A stretch of DNA of 64,000 nt from an uncultured Candidatus Saccharibacteria bacterium (GTDB lineage: Bacteria > Patescibacteriota > Saccharimonadia > Saccharimonadales > Saccharimonadaceae). Made by a program: the position numbers and the translations under genes. The notes below the pieces were generated by a model, which did not search any database, was not told the DNA's origin, and worked only from the letters and a program-made list of their open reading frames with translations. The first letter of the stretch is position 1. Every line of letters starts with the position of its first letter. Below are positions 19,024 to 27,504 of the stretch, piece by piece. The stretch covers positions 62,530-126,529 of the forward strand of contig CAURNU010000003.1 of assembly GCA_963526735.1 (NCBI GenBank), read 5' to 3'.

Positions 19024-19587
19024 ATGAAACAAAACAAACAAAAATCAACCAAAAAAGCCCAAGTATCATTTTGGCAACAAGAAGTATCATTTGACCTGAA
19101 AAAAAGTCCAGTTTTGAACTTTTTTAAGCAAGATGTCGATATGGATATTAATAACAGTCCAATCGTGAAGTTCTTAAGCAAAGAGATTAACACCGACTTG
19201 AAACAAAGCCCAGTGCTAAACTTCTTGAAACAAGATATTGACATGAATGTCAACAATAGTCCAGTTGTTAAATTCTTAAACAAAGAGATTGAGACTGATT
19301 TAACCAAAAGCCCAGTATTGAACTTCTGTAAACAAGAAGTGACTCTCGGTGGTTTTGCTGATGTGTCAGCGAGTCCAATCCTGAACTGGTTTAAGCCTGC
19401 TAAAGTCAAAACTCGTACTGCTAAAATCGCGACTGACGAAGTTGTTATCAAAGCCATCGACAAGGATTTTGTCATCAGTTGTCTGATTGTGTCGTTGCTA
19501 ATGAATATGTTTATGCTGATTTCGTGGTTATACTACCAAGTTGACCCAGCATCACGCCAGGCTATCATTCAGATGATTTTTGGCTAA
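19024..19587 (+). CDS. Tandem-repeat protein with C-terminal TM anchor
   Basis: Lys-rich N-terminus, six or more 17-aa repeats (SP[VI][VL][NK]F[FL]xK[QE][DE][IV]...), then the TM helix FVISCLIVSLLMNMFMLISWLYY. Confidence 0.6.
   Translation: MKQNKQKSTKKAQVSFWQQEVSFDLKKSPVLNFFKQDVDMDINNSPIVKFLSKEINTDLKQSPVLNFLKQDIDMNVNNSPVVKFLNKEIETDLTKSPVLNFCKQEVTLGGFADVSASPILNWFKPAKVKTRTAKIATDEVVIKAIDKDFVISCLIVSLLMNMFMLISWLYYQVDPASRQAIIQMIFG
19057..19398 (+). repeat. In-frame tandem repeats (51-nt unit alternating two subtypes, 102-nt super-unit)
   Basis: SP-initiated 17-aa units start at residues 28, 45, 62, 79 and 96, with a degenerate unit at 117. The odd and even units form two families (SPVLNF.KQD.DM..NN and SP.VKFL.KEI.TDL..). 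Confidence 0.75.
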
Positions 19588-19603
19588 AATCGCTCTCAAA
19601 ATA

Positions 19604-19636
19604 AAAACGCTACCCACTACGGTGGCGTTTTTTTGA
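19604..19636 (+). terminator. Rho-independent terminator
   Basis: AAAACGCTACC-CACTAC-GGTGGCGTTTTTTT, with one G-U pair. Confidence 0.65.
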
Positions 19637-19760
19637 TTTTGACCGCTAAGCTCATAACAGAGGTAAATAGGGTGGGGTGATATTAAAAAATCCGCACTTT
19701 TCCACAGAACTGTGGAAAACTAGCCAAAAATCGGCTACTTTGTAATAAAAAAATCAAAAA

Positions 19761-19795
19761 TGGGGGTTGCAGTGGGTGAAAGTGGGTAGTATAAT
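19761..19795 (+). promoter_or_regulatory. dcw (mraZ) promoter with MraZ-box direct repeats
   Basis: TGGGG (19761-65), TGGGT (19773-77) and TGGGT (19783-87). The last two are separated by a 5-nt spacer. They are immediately followed by TATAAT (19790-95). Confidence 0.55.
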
Positions 19796-19868
19796 GAAGT
19801 CAGTGGAAAACTAAAAACAAAAACCACTAAAAAACAAACTTTTAAAAACCTATGAGAGAAAGGTAAAA

Positions 19869-20237
19869 ATGGACACAGACTATTTCGAAAGGAAGCTCGA
19901 TGACAAGAACCGCTTGACCATCCCAGCTGACTTGCGCAAAGAGTTTGAATCCGGATTGATCCTGACTCGCGGTTTTGGAAAATACCTACATCTTTATTCA
20001 AAAAATGTTTGGGATAAAGAAGTAGAGCCAGCTTTGGAAGGTAGCATTCTCGATGAGAAAGTTGCCGACATCAACGTTCGGTTCCGCCGTGGTAAAACCG
20101 GTGGGATGCTCGACCAAAAACAAGGTCGCATTACCATCGAAAAGCATTTGCTGGATTACGCTGGAATTGACCGTGATGTAGTTGCTGTTAGGGCTGGTAA
20201 ATATTGGCGATTGATGCGTCCGGACAGTCTCGATTGA
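19869..20237 (+). CDS. mraZ: Transcriptional regulator MraZ
   Basis: Two MraZ/SpoVT-AbrB half-domains: LDDKNRLTIPADLRKEF and LDQKQGRITIEKHLLDYAGI. It is the first gene of the dcw cluster. Confidence 0.85.
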   Translation: MDTDYFERKLDDKNRLTIPADLRKEFESGLILTRGFGKYLHLYSKNVWDKEVEPALEGSILDEKVADINVRFRRGKTGGMLDQKQGRITIEKHLLDYAGIDRDVVAVRAGKYWRLMRPDSLD

Positions 20238-20272
20238 CCGATGGCTCATCGCACCCCTGCACATTAACAATT

Positions 20273-20534
20273 CATTCTAGGTCGGATATCTGGTAACTTG
20301 ACGGTGGAAGATATTCGAAAACCACCTCACAAAAGTTTCGACGCACTAATACATAAAACACACACCTCCCAAATTCACATATAAGTCTCTCAAGCGGTTG
20401 TTTCTCTCTCCCTTATTTGGAAACAACCGAACCTTATATAATAAAGAATTTAGAACAACTCTATAACACTTTTTTAAAAAACAAACACTTAACAAACACA
20501 AACAGTTAAGTTATCAGATACCTGACCTAGAATG
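20273..20534 (+). other. Structured mraZ-rsmH spacer (25-nt long-range stem enclosing about 210 nt)
   Basis: 20273-20297 pairs with 20510-20534 at 24 of 25 positions. Two of those pairs are G-U only on the + strand. An internal 10-bp hairpin is formed by 20395-20404 and 20420-20429. Confidence 0.4.
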
Positions 20535-20562
20535 ACACTGTTAGAAAGGTAGAACCGACCGT

Positions 20563-20591
20563 TTGAGTTTATAAGCGGTTTAGGTTACAAT
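20563..20591 (+). promoter_or_regulatory. Internal promoter for rsmH (leaderless type)
   Basis: TTGAGT (20563-68), 17-nt spacer, TACAAT (20586-91). ATG 20599 lies 7 nt downstream. Confidence 0.45.
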
Positions 20592-21579
20592 GACAATTAT
20601 GTCAGATCTACATCAGTCAGTATTATTAGAAGCGACCTTGCGTGAGCTCCAACCTCAAGTGGGTGAGTCATATTTGGATTTAACGGCCGGTATGGGCGGA
20701 CATGCTCGAGCGGTGTTAGCTCAGACGATGAATTACGCCGGTAGTTTGCTAGTTGATCGCGATGATTTCGCATTAAGTCAATTGGCGGATTTGCGGGCTC
20801 AAGGTGTAACGACTTGGAAAAGTGATTTTGCGGCCGCAACTGAGCGACTGGTGCTAGATCAACGACAGTTTGATTTGATCTTGCTGGATTTAGGTGTTTC
20901 GTCGCCACAGCTTGATCAGGGTGAACGAGGTTTTTCTTTTAATAAAACCGCCAAGCTCGATATGCGAATGGATCAAACTGCCGAACTTGACGCTTATCAG
21001 ATTGTTAACTACTGCTCGATTGGTCAAATCGTCCAAATTCTGACTGATTATGCTGAAATCAAGCCCAAACTGGCGATGCGAGTCGCCCAGGCGATCGATA
21101 CAGCTCGACGTCAGCAGGCGATTGAAACCACCACCGAACTAGCCGAGATTATTTGTCAGACTCTACCTTCAAAATTAAAATATGGCAAAACCCATCCAGC
21201 GACTAAATATTTTCAGGCAATTCGGATGGCGGTTAACGACGAACTAGGGCAATTACGATCGGCACTAGAACGTTTGCCACGATTACTAACCCCAGGCGGG
21301 CGAGTGGCGATTATCAGTTTTCATAGTTTAGAAGACCGGCTAGTGAAAACTTTTTTCAAAACTCAGACTCAGCGCGGTTTATTAGCCGAACTGGAGTTAG
21401 TCACCCCGAAGCCGATTTTAGGCTCGGTTGAAGATGTTTCCAATCCGCGATCACGTAGCGCAGTGCTACGAGTCGCAATGAAAAAACAAAAACAAAAAGG
21501 AGGCTATAATGCCAAAACAAATCAAAGTAGCAAGCAAATCACGAGCAACCCGCGTCATCGTACGCGTAGCTTAAGCTAG
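20590..21579 (+). CDS. rsmH: 16S rRNA (cytosine1402-N4)-methyltransferase RsmH
   Basis: HQSVLLEATL, DLTAGMGGHA, DLGVSSPQLD and SFHSLEDR. The start is more likely ATG 20599, because ATG 20590 overlaps the -10 hexamer. There is a basic C-terminal extension. Confidence 0.9.
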   Translation: MTIMSDLHQSVLLEATLRELQPQVGESYLDLTAGMGGHARAVLAQTMNYAGSLLVDRDDFALSQLADLRAQGVTTWKSDFAAATERLVLDQRQFDLILLDLGVSSPQLDQGERGFSFNKTAKLDMRMDQTAELDAYQIVNYCSIGQIVQILTDYAEIKPKLAMRVAQAIDTARRQQAIETTTELAEIICQTLPSKLKYGKTHPATKYFQAIRMAVNDELGQLRSALERLPRLLTPGGRVAIISFHSLEDRLVKTFFKTQTQRGLLAELELVTPKPILGSVEDVSNPRSRSAVLRVAMKKQKQKGGYNAKTNQSSKQITSNPRHRTRSLS

Positions 21580-21717
21580 GCTAATTTACTCATAACAGAG
21601 AAGCGCCGGCTTCGGGTTTATAATCAACTCGAAGTGGCGTCTTCTCGCCAAGTTTTATTTTTTAAACGCAATTACTAAAAAACCAACACCAACAAGAATA
21701 TAGGATTAACACCAACA

Positions 21718-22062
21718 ATGAACAGTATTACTTACGCATCACGGCGGGGAAATCGGAATTATGGGCGCAACAAAAACATTTCCGCCTATCAATCTAACAT
21801 CAAACTCGGTCCTGTAGCTCACACAGTCCTGGTCGGATTGATGATTACGGTACTTGGCTTGATTTACCTGACTCAAGCAACCAAAACCACTGGCTATGAT
21901 TACGAAATTAATAAAGTCGATACGGAAATTGCCGAACTAACCACTAAAAAAACTGATCTCGAGATTGAAAAAGCTCGCTTGACAGCCTTGGCTACTATCG
22001 AGAATAGTTCAGTGGCACAAAATATGACGAAGCCCGCTCAGACAACTTTTGTAAAAAATTAG
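21718..22062 (+). CDS. ftsL: FtsL-like division protein
   Basis: A single TM (VAHTVLVGLMITVLGLIYL) followed by a short coiled coil, at the canonical position between rsmH and ftsI. Confidence 0.55.
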   Translation: MNSITYASRRGNRNYGRNKNISAYQSNIKLGPVAHTVLVGLMITVLGLIYLTQATKTTGYDYEINKVDTEIAELTTKKTDLEIEKARLTALATIENSSVAQNMTKPAQTTFVKN

Positions 22063-22268
22063 CACCGGAGTTTTTAAAGTTAAATGGCAACTTGGGAACT
22101 AACCGGAGCGATTTTTTGTTGGGTGCGCGTGGTAATTTTAGCAATCCAAGCGCAATTTTAAGTGGGTTTTGGTCGCTAAGGACTAGTGTTAATCAAGTTG
22201 GTTATGGTATAATTAGATGAAAATAATTAGATGAAATAATAACAGTAAAAGGTTTGCATTAAATCACC

Positions 22269-23996
22269 GTGAAAATTCTCTTCGCTAAACACAGTCGGGT
22301 CCGCATTTTGAGCGGAATTTTAACCGTCACGGTGGCGTTGATTGTGGTGCGTTTGTTTCAACTGCAAGTGATTGATCATCAAAAATATCGCCAGCTGGCT
22401 TATCAAGAACAGGTGAAAAAACTCACAATCCCGGCGCATCGTGGTTTAATTTATGCGTTAGATCATCAAACGCCGGCACCACTTGTGATGAATGAGACGG
22501 TCTATACGATGTTTGTTGACCCACAAGTAGTGAAGGACGATAAGGCGGTTTTGGCGGCGCTGGTAGGGTTAAATCAAGATTTAATCATTGGTAATTCAGC
22601 CGAAAAACTAACTCAGAAAAATACCCGCTATCAGGTGCTGGCGCGCGGTTTGTCCCGTCAACAAGCCGAAGTAATTAAAGCCAAAAAACTAACTGGTATC
22701 GGTTTTCAGGCGGTGAGTCGTCGGATCTATCCGGAGGGGGCGCTAGCCTCGCAAGTGTTAGGTTTTGTTAATGCGAATGGTGGTCAATATGGTGTGGAAG
22801 GCAAGCTCGACAAGCGCTTAACCGGCGAAAATGGCGTGTTAGAGGCAGTGACTGATATTTCTGATGTGCCACTGACCGTCGGCGAAAAATATACCAACAT
22901 TCCGGCTCGCAATGGCGATAATCTGGTGCTAAGTATTGATCGCAATATTCAATCGCAAGTCGAAAAAATCCTCAAAGCTGGTCTGGAAAAAGTTGGCGCC
23001 GATAATGGTAGTGCGCTAGTGATGAATCCCCAAACTGGTCAAATTATGGCGATGGTGAATTATCCGAGTTATTCGGTAGCTGAATTTAGTAAAGTTAAAG
23101 ACGTGGCGCTGTTTAATAATGCGACGGTTGATCGCCCGTATGAGGCTGGATCGGTTATTAAAGTATTCACGGTGGCTATGGGTATTAATGAAGGTAAAAT
23201 CACCCCGCAAACCGTGTTTTATAACCAAGACACAGTGAAAGTTGGCGATCGCACCATTAAGAACGCCTACAAGGGCAAAATCGGTAATATTACCATGCAA
23301 GACGCTCTGCAATATTCGCTCAATACTGGTATGGTGAATATTATTTCGCGTCTCGGCGGTGGCAATATTGATCGATCGGCACGTAATATTATTTATAATT
23401 ATTTTCACGATCGGTTCCGACTGGGTCAAAAAACCAATGTCGAACTACCGGAAACGGCCGGCATTATTATCCCCCCCACTGAGGTTGAGGGTAATGCTGT
23501 GCGGTATTCAAATATGTCTTTCGGACAGGGAATGGATGTGACAATGGTGCAAGTGGCCGCGGGATTTTCGGCAATTATCAATGGTGGCGTTTATTACCAA
23601 CCAACTGTCCTAGCTGGTACAGTTGAGAACAGTATTTTTAAGGCACAAGCACCGAAAGTGATTGATGGGCAGGTAGTTAAAAACACCACCTCGACGCAAG
23701 TTCGCCAGATGTTGACTGAGGCACGTCGGCTGTATTATAAAAATGTTGACCGGGCTGGTTATGAAATCGGCGGTAAAACTGGTACCAGCGAGAAGATTGT
23801 TGATGGTAAATATGTGGAAAATCAAACAATTGCGACTTATTTGGGTTATGGCGGGACAAATCGCCCCGAATATGTCATAATGATTAGAGTGGACGGCAAG
23901 GGTAAATACCTGGCTGGTAATACCGATGCCGCACCAATTTTTACTGATATTTCTAACTGGTTAATTGATTATTTAAAACTATATCCGAAGGAGTAA
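22269..23996 (+). CDS. ftsI: Penicillin-binding protein 2B/3 (FtsI-type transpeptidase)
   Basis: N-terminal TM and PBP dimerisation region. Transpeptidase motifs are SVIK (AGSVIKVFT), SLN (YSLNTG) and KTGT (GGKTGTSE). Confidence 0.9.
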   Translation: MKILFAKHSRVRILSGILTVTVALIVVRLFQLQVIDHQKYRQLAYQEQVKKLTIPAHRGLIYALDHQTPAPLVMNETVYTMFVDPQVVKDDKAVLAALVGLNQDLIIGNSAEKLTQKNTRYQVLARGLSRQQAEVIKAKKLTGIGFQAVSRRIYPEGALASQVLGFVNANGGQYGVEGKLDKRLTGENGVLEAVTDISDVPLTVGEKYTNIPARNGDNLVLSIDRNIQSQVEKILKAGLEKVGADNGSALVMNPQTGQIMAMVNYPSYSVAEFSKVKDVALFNNATVDRPYEAGSVIKVFTVAMGINEGKITPQTVFYNQDTVKVGDRTIKNAYKGKIGNITMQDALQYSLNTGMVNIISRLGGGNIDRSARNIIYNYFHDRFRLGQKTNVELPETAGIIIPPTEVEGNAVRYSNMSFGQGMDVTMVQVAAGFSAIINGGVYYQPTVLAGTVENSIFKAQAPKVIDGQVVKNTTSTQVRQMLTEARRLYYKNVDRAGYEIGGKTGTSEKIVDGKYVENQTIATYLGYGGTNRPEYVIMIRVDGKGKYLAGNTDAAPIFTDISNWLIDYLKLYPKE

Positions 23997-23997
23997 G

Positions 23998-25035
23998 ATG
24001 ATTTTTAGCTCGCTAACCACCATTTCAAATTATGCCCAGAATAGCTTTAGTCTGGCGATTGCCACGATAATTATTGCTTTTTTGTTGACGCCTCTTTACA
24101 CTCATGTGGCTTATAAATATAAATTCTGGAAAAAACAACGCGAAACTACCACGACGGGCGAAAAATTAAAGGTGTTTACTAAACTCCACGCTGCGAAGTT
24201 TCGTCGCAATATTCCGACGATGGCGGGAGTAATTATCGTGCTGTCGGTATCGATTGTAACGCTCGGCTGGAACCTGGATCGTGGCCAAACTTATTTGCCA
24301 CTGGCTGCGTTGATTGGCGGTGGTTTGGTTGGGCTGATTGATGACGTGATCAACGTGTTCGGCACCGGCAAGGGCGTGGCTGGTTTGCGGTCAAGTTTGA
24401 AATTTATTATGGTGCTCTTGCTTGGTTTGGGGCTGGGTTGGTATTTTTATGCGAAATTAGGCTATCACACCATGCACGTGCCGTTTGTTGGCAATTGGGA
24501 TTTAGGCTGGTTGATTATTCCAGTGTTTGCTTTTGCGGTAGTATCAACTGGCAACGCGGTCAATATCAGTGACGGCTTGGATGGTCTGGCGGGGGGATTA
24601 GCGGCATCGGCTTTCACAGGATTTGGGACAATTGCTTTGTTGCAAGGTCATGTTGGTATGGCTGGGTTCTGCTTTACGGTTGTGGGAGCATTAGTGGCGT
24701 ATTTGTGGTTTAATATTTATCCGGCGCGCTTTTTCATGGGAGACGTTGGTAGTTTTGCCTTGGGTACTAGTCTAGGGGTGATCGCAATGCTGACCGATAC
24801 GTTTTTGCTAGTGCCGGTTATTGGAGCTCTGTTTGTGATTGAAGCTGGTTCGAGCTTACTACAAATCACCTCGAAGCGTCTTTTTGGTAAGAAAATCTTC
24901 ATTTCAGCGCCGATTCATCATCATCTGGAGGCTAAGGGTTGGGAGGAAACGAAAATTACCATGCGCTTTTGGCTGATTTCAGCAGCAGTGGCAGCGATCG
25001 GGGTCTTAATTGCGATCAAAGGTGGTCATGTCTAA
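23998..25035 (+). CDS. mraY: Phospho-N-acetylmuramoyl-pentapeptide transferase
   Basis: NAVNISDGLDGLAGG, YPARFFMGDVGS and APIHHHLE. Confidence 0.95.
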   Translation: MIFSSLTTISNYAQNSFSLAIATIIIAFLLTPLYTHVAYKYKFWKKQRETTTTGEKLKVFTKLHAAKFRRNIPTMAGVIIVLSVSIVTLGWNLDRGQTYLPLAALIGGGLVGLIDDVINVFGTGKGVAGLRSSLKFIMVLLLGLGLGWYFYAKLGYHTMHVPFVGNWDLGWLIIPVFAFAVVSTGNAVNISDGLDGLAGGLAASAFTGFGTIALLQGHVGMAGFCFTVVGALVAYLWFNIYPARFFMGDVGSFALGTSLGVIAMLTDTFLLVPVIGALFVIEAGSSLLQITSKRLFGKKIFISAPIHHHLEAKGWEETKITMRFWLISAAVAAIGVLIAIKGGHV

Positions 25036-26365
25036 AACCTTTTTTGGCACTATTGGTGGGCTGTGGGCTAACTTTTTAGCAATTGTTGGACAAGCTAGCG
25101 GGCGAGTGTCTGATCGGCCAACTCAGGCACGGCGCATTGCGAAGCCGGGGCTTAATAATTTAGCTGGTTCCAGCCAGACAATTGTTCGTAAACATCGTCC
25201 AGATTATTACATCGTGATGTATATGATTTTGCTGATGTTGATTGGGTTAGTGCTGATCTATGCGATTGGTCCACAACGCGTAAATCTGCTCAATCGTTCG
25301 TTTGATAGTAATAATCAATATAGTCAGACTTATTTTTTCTCAAAGCAGTTGATAAGTTTGGTGCTAGCGATTGTGGCCTTTGTGATGACCGCCAGCGTAC
25401 CTCTCGAAAAACTGAAAAAACACGCATTGTTGATTTTAGCTATAGGCCTAGGGGCTGGCATGTTTTTGTTTATATTCTCAAAACAACCACTGTATAAGCT
25501 GGGCTTGGTGCAATGTAGTTTAGGGGCGTGTCGGTGGCTGAATTTTCGGTTTATGACTATTCAGGTAGCTGAAGTGATTAAAATCAGTTTGGTGGTATTT
25601 TTTGCGGTATTTTGGAAGTTTTTTGCTGATAAACAAACGCTGAATAAATCAGCCAATCTATTTTATTCGGCGGTAATTTTAGCGTTAGCGCTGTTGATGA
25701 TTGTGGTTTGGCAAAATGACTTGGGTACAGGCTTATCAATGGTGTTTATTTTGCTGGCGATGTTATGGAATGCCGGTGTTAAACCGCAAATCATGCTATT
25801 AATTGCGGTCTGTGGAGCTGTGGTGGCGTTGGGATTTGTGGCTGTAAAACCACACCGTATGGCGCGGGTGATGACTTTCTTAAAAGGTGACAGTACGGAA
25901 ATTACCGATTCAACTCGTCATATTATCCAAGCAAAAATAGCTGTTGGCTCGGGCGGAATGTTTGGTTTAGGTATTGGCAAGAGTGTGCAAGCGACTGGCT
26001 ACTTACCGGAGGCGATTAACGACTCGATTTTTGCGATTATTGGCGAAGTGTTTGGGTTCGCGGGTTGTATCGTGGTAGTTGGGTTATTTGCGGCCTTGGT
26101 GGCTCGCTTGCTAAAAAATGTAGCAACTTCACATGATACATTTAATCGTTTGTTGATTACTGGGGCGGCTGCTTGGGTGTTTTCGCATTTTGCTATTAAT
26201 ATTACTTCAATGCTGGGAATTGCGCCGATGACTGGTATAACCTTGCCGTTTTTGAGTTATGGTGGTACGAGTATGATTTTTGTGGCGGGGGTGCTTGGCT
26301 TGGCGTTTAATGCCTCGCAATTTACAGCGCATAGTATTTATTCATTTAAACGAGGTAAATTATGA
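25028..26365 (+). CDS. ftsW: SEDS-family peptidoglycan glycosyltransferase FtsW
   Basis: A 10-TM SEDS pattern ending in TGITLPFLSYGGTSM. ATG 25028 follows AAAGGTGG; the track ORF starts at 25010. Confidence 0.9.
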   Translation: MSKTFFGTIGGLWANFLAIVGQASGRVSDRPTQARRIAKPGLNNLAGSSQTIVRKHRPDYYIVMYMILLMLIGLVLIYAIGPQRVNLLNRSFDSNNQYSQTYFFSKQLISLVLAIVAFVMTASVPLEKLKKHALLILAIGLGAGMFLFIFSKQPLYKLGLVQCSLGACRWLNFRFMTIQVAEVIKISLVVFFAVFWKFFADKQTLNKSANLFYSAVILALALLMIVVWQNDLGTGLSMVFILLAMLWNAGVKPQIMLLIAVCGAVVALGFVAVKPHRMARVMTFLKGDSTEITDSTRHIIQAKIAVGSGGMFGLGIGKSVQATGYLPEAINDSIFAIIGEVFGFAGCIVVVGLFAALVARLLKNVATSHDTFNRLLITGAAAWVFSHFAINITSMLGIAPMTGITLPFLSYGGTSMIFVAGVLGLAFNASQFTAHSIYSFKRGKL

Positions 26366-27504
26366 AAATTCTAACAGTTGGTGGCGGTTCGGGTGGACAC
26401 ATTATCCCGGTAGTGGCAGTGGTGGAAAAGCTACGCCAGCTGACACCGGAAGCGGAAATTCGTTTTTGGTGTGATCGCAAGAGTCTGAAAATGGCACGAG
26501 AAGCGTTTGCTGAGCAATCAATTGCGATTAAATCTATCTCAGCTGGTAAGTTTCGGCGCTATCATCATTTTACTTGGTGGCAACATTTGCGCCCCTCAAT
26601 TGTCATTCCAAATTTGATTGATTTGTTCAAGATTGTTGGTGGTTTTATACAGAGTTGGTGGCGACTACTGGTCTGGCGACCAGATGTGGTGTTTGCAAAA
26701 GGTGGTTTTGTGTGTTTGCCGGTGGGAATCGTGGCACACTGGATGGGGATTAAACTGATTATTCACGATTCAGACACCGTGGCTGGGCTAACTAATCGGA
26801 TTTTATCGAAATATGCTGTAAAAATAACAACAGGTATGCCGGTTGAATACTATCGTTATCCAACGAACAAAACTGTATTTGTCGGTAGTCCGGTGCGTCA
26901 GGGTAGTGGATCGGTAGCTGATCTTAGACAACAACTGCAAATTTCGCCAAAAAAAATAGTGATTTTAGTCTCTGGTGGAGGACTAGGCTCAGACTTTTTA
27001 AATCGGATGACGTTGGCAAATTTGGAACAATTACCAGATAATTGTCAGGTGATTTTGTCGGCCGGTCGGGATAATTATCAGGCGGTGATTAGTCAAAATT
27101 TTGACAAAAACAAGCTAATCGTGCGTGATTTTGTGGCTAATTTTGCCGATTATGTGCGATTGGCGGATGTGGTAGTGGCGCGGGCTGGGGCAACCACTAT
27201 TGCTGAGTTGGCGGTGCTAGCTAAACCAGTAATTTTGGTTCCAAATCCGAAGTTGGTTGAGGGCCATCAACTCAAAAATGCTCAGATGTTAGCTGATAAA
27301 CAAGCAGCGGTAGTACTGGATGAGTTTGCTTTGGAACAAGCGCCGGAGCAATTCGGGAAAGCGATTAATGAATTATTAGGTGATCAACGTCAGAGAGAAA
27401 TATTGAGTCATAATATCCAGCAATTTGCGAATCCGCAGTCAGCGTTGATTCTGGCGGAATTAATTATTGCGGAAATCAAGGGTGGGGAAGGTAAGCGTGG
27501 ATAA
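26362..27504 (+). CDS. murG: UDP-GlcNAc:lipid I GlcNAc transferase MurG
   Basis: VGGGSGGHIIP N-terminal G-loop and C-terminal RAGATTIAEL. Confidence 0.9.
   Translation: MKILTVGGGSGGHIIPVVAVVEKLRQLTPEAEIRFWCDRKSLKMAREAFAEQSIAIKSISAGKFRRYHHFTWWQHLRPSIVIPNLIDLFKIVGGFIQSWWRLLVWRPDVVFAKGGFVCLPVGIVAHWMGIKLIIHDSDTVAGLTNRILSKYAVKITTGMPVEYYRYPTNKTVFVGSPVRQGSGSVADLRQQLQISPKKIVILVSGGGLGSDFLNRMTLANLEQLPDNCQVILSAGRDNYQAVISQNFDKNKLIVRDFVANFADYVRLADVVVARAGATTIAELAVLAKPVILVPNPKLVEGHQLKNAQMLADKQAAVVLDEFALEQAPEQFGKAINELLGDQRQREILSHNIQQFANPQSALILAELIIAEIKGGEGKRG

Noticed and set aside
19057-19398. Periodic repeats considered as a possible CRISPR array.
   Set aside because: The repeats are contiguous, with no unique spacers. 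They are in frame within a coding sequence and degenerate at the nucleotide level in a codon-like manner.
18933-19475. A 180-aa ORF antisense to the repeat-protein gene.
   Set aside because: It is a mirror-image artefact of the in-frame tandem repeats. The + strand ORF has a consensus promoter, a terminator and a sensible TM anchor. The antisense product is low-complexity (Leu/Lys/Thr/Ser) and has no expression signals.
22209-22236. A perfect 14-bp tandem duplication (ATAATTAGATGAAA x2) overlapping the -10 region upstream of ftsI.
   Set aside because: It is real in the sequence but only two units in AT-rich DNA. It is most simply a slippage duplication, and there is no evidence of function.
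26280-26474. A 64-aa ORF spanning the ftsW/murG junction.
   Set aside because: It lies in an alternative frame across two well-supported genes, and its product is Trp/Arg/Gly-rich.
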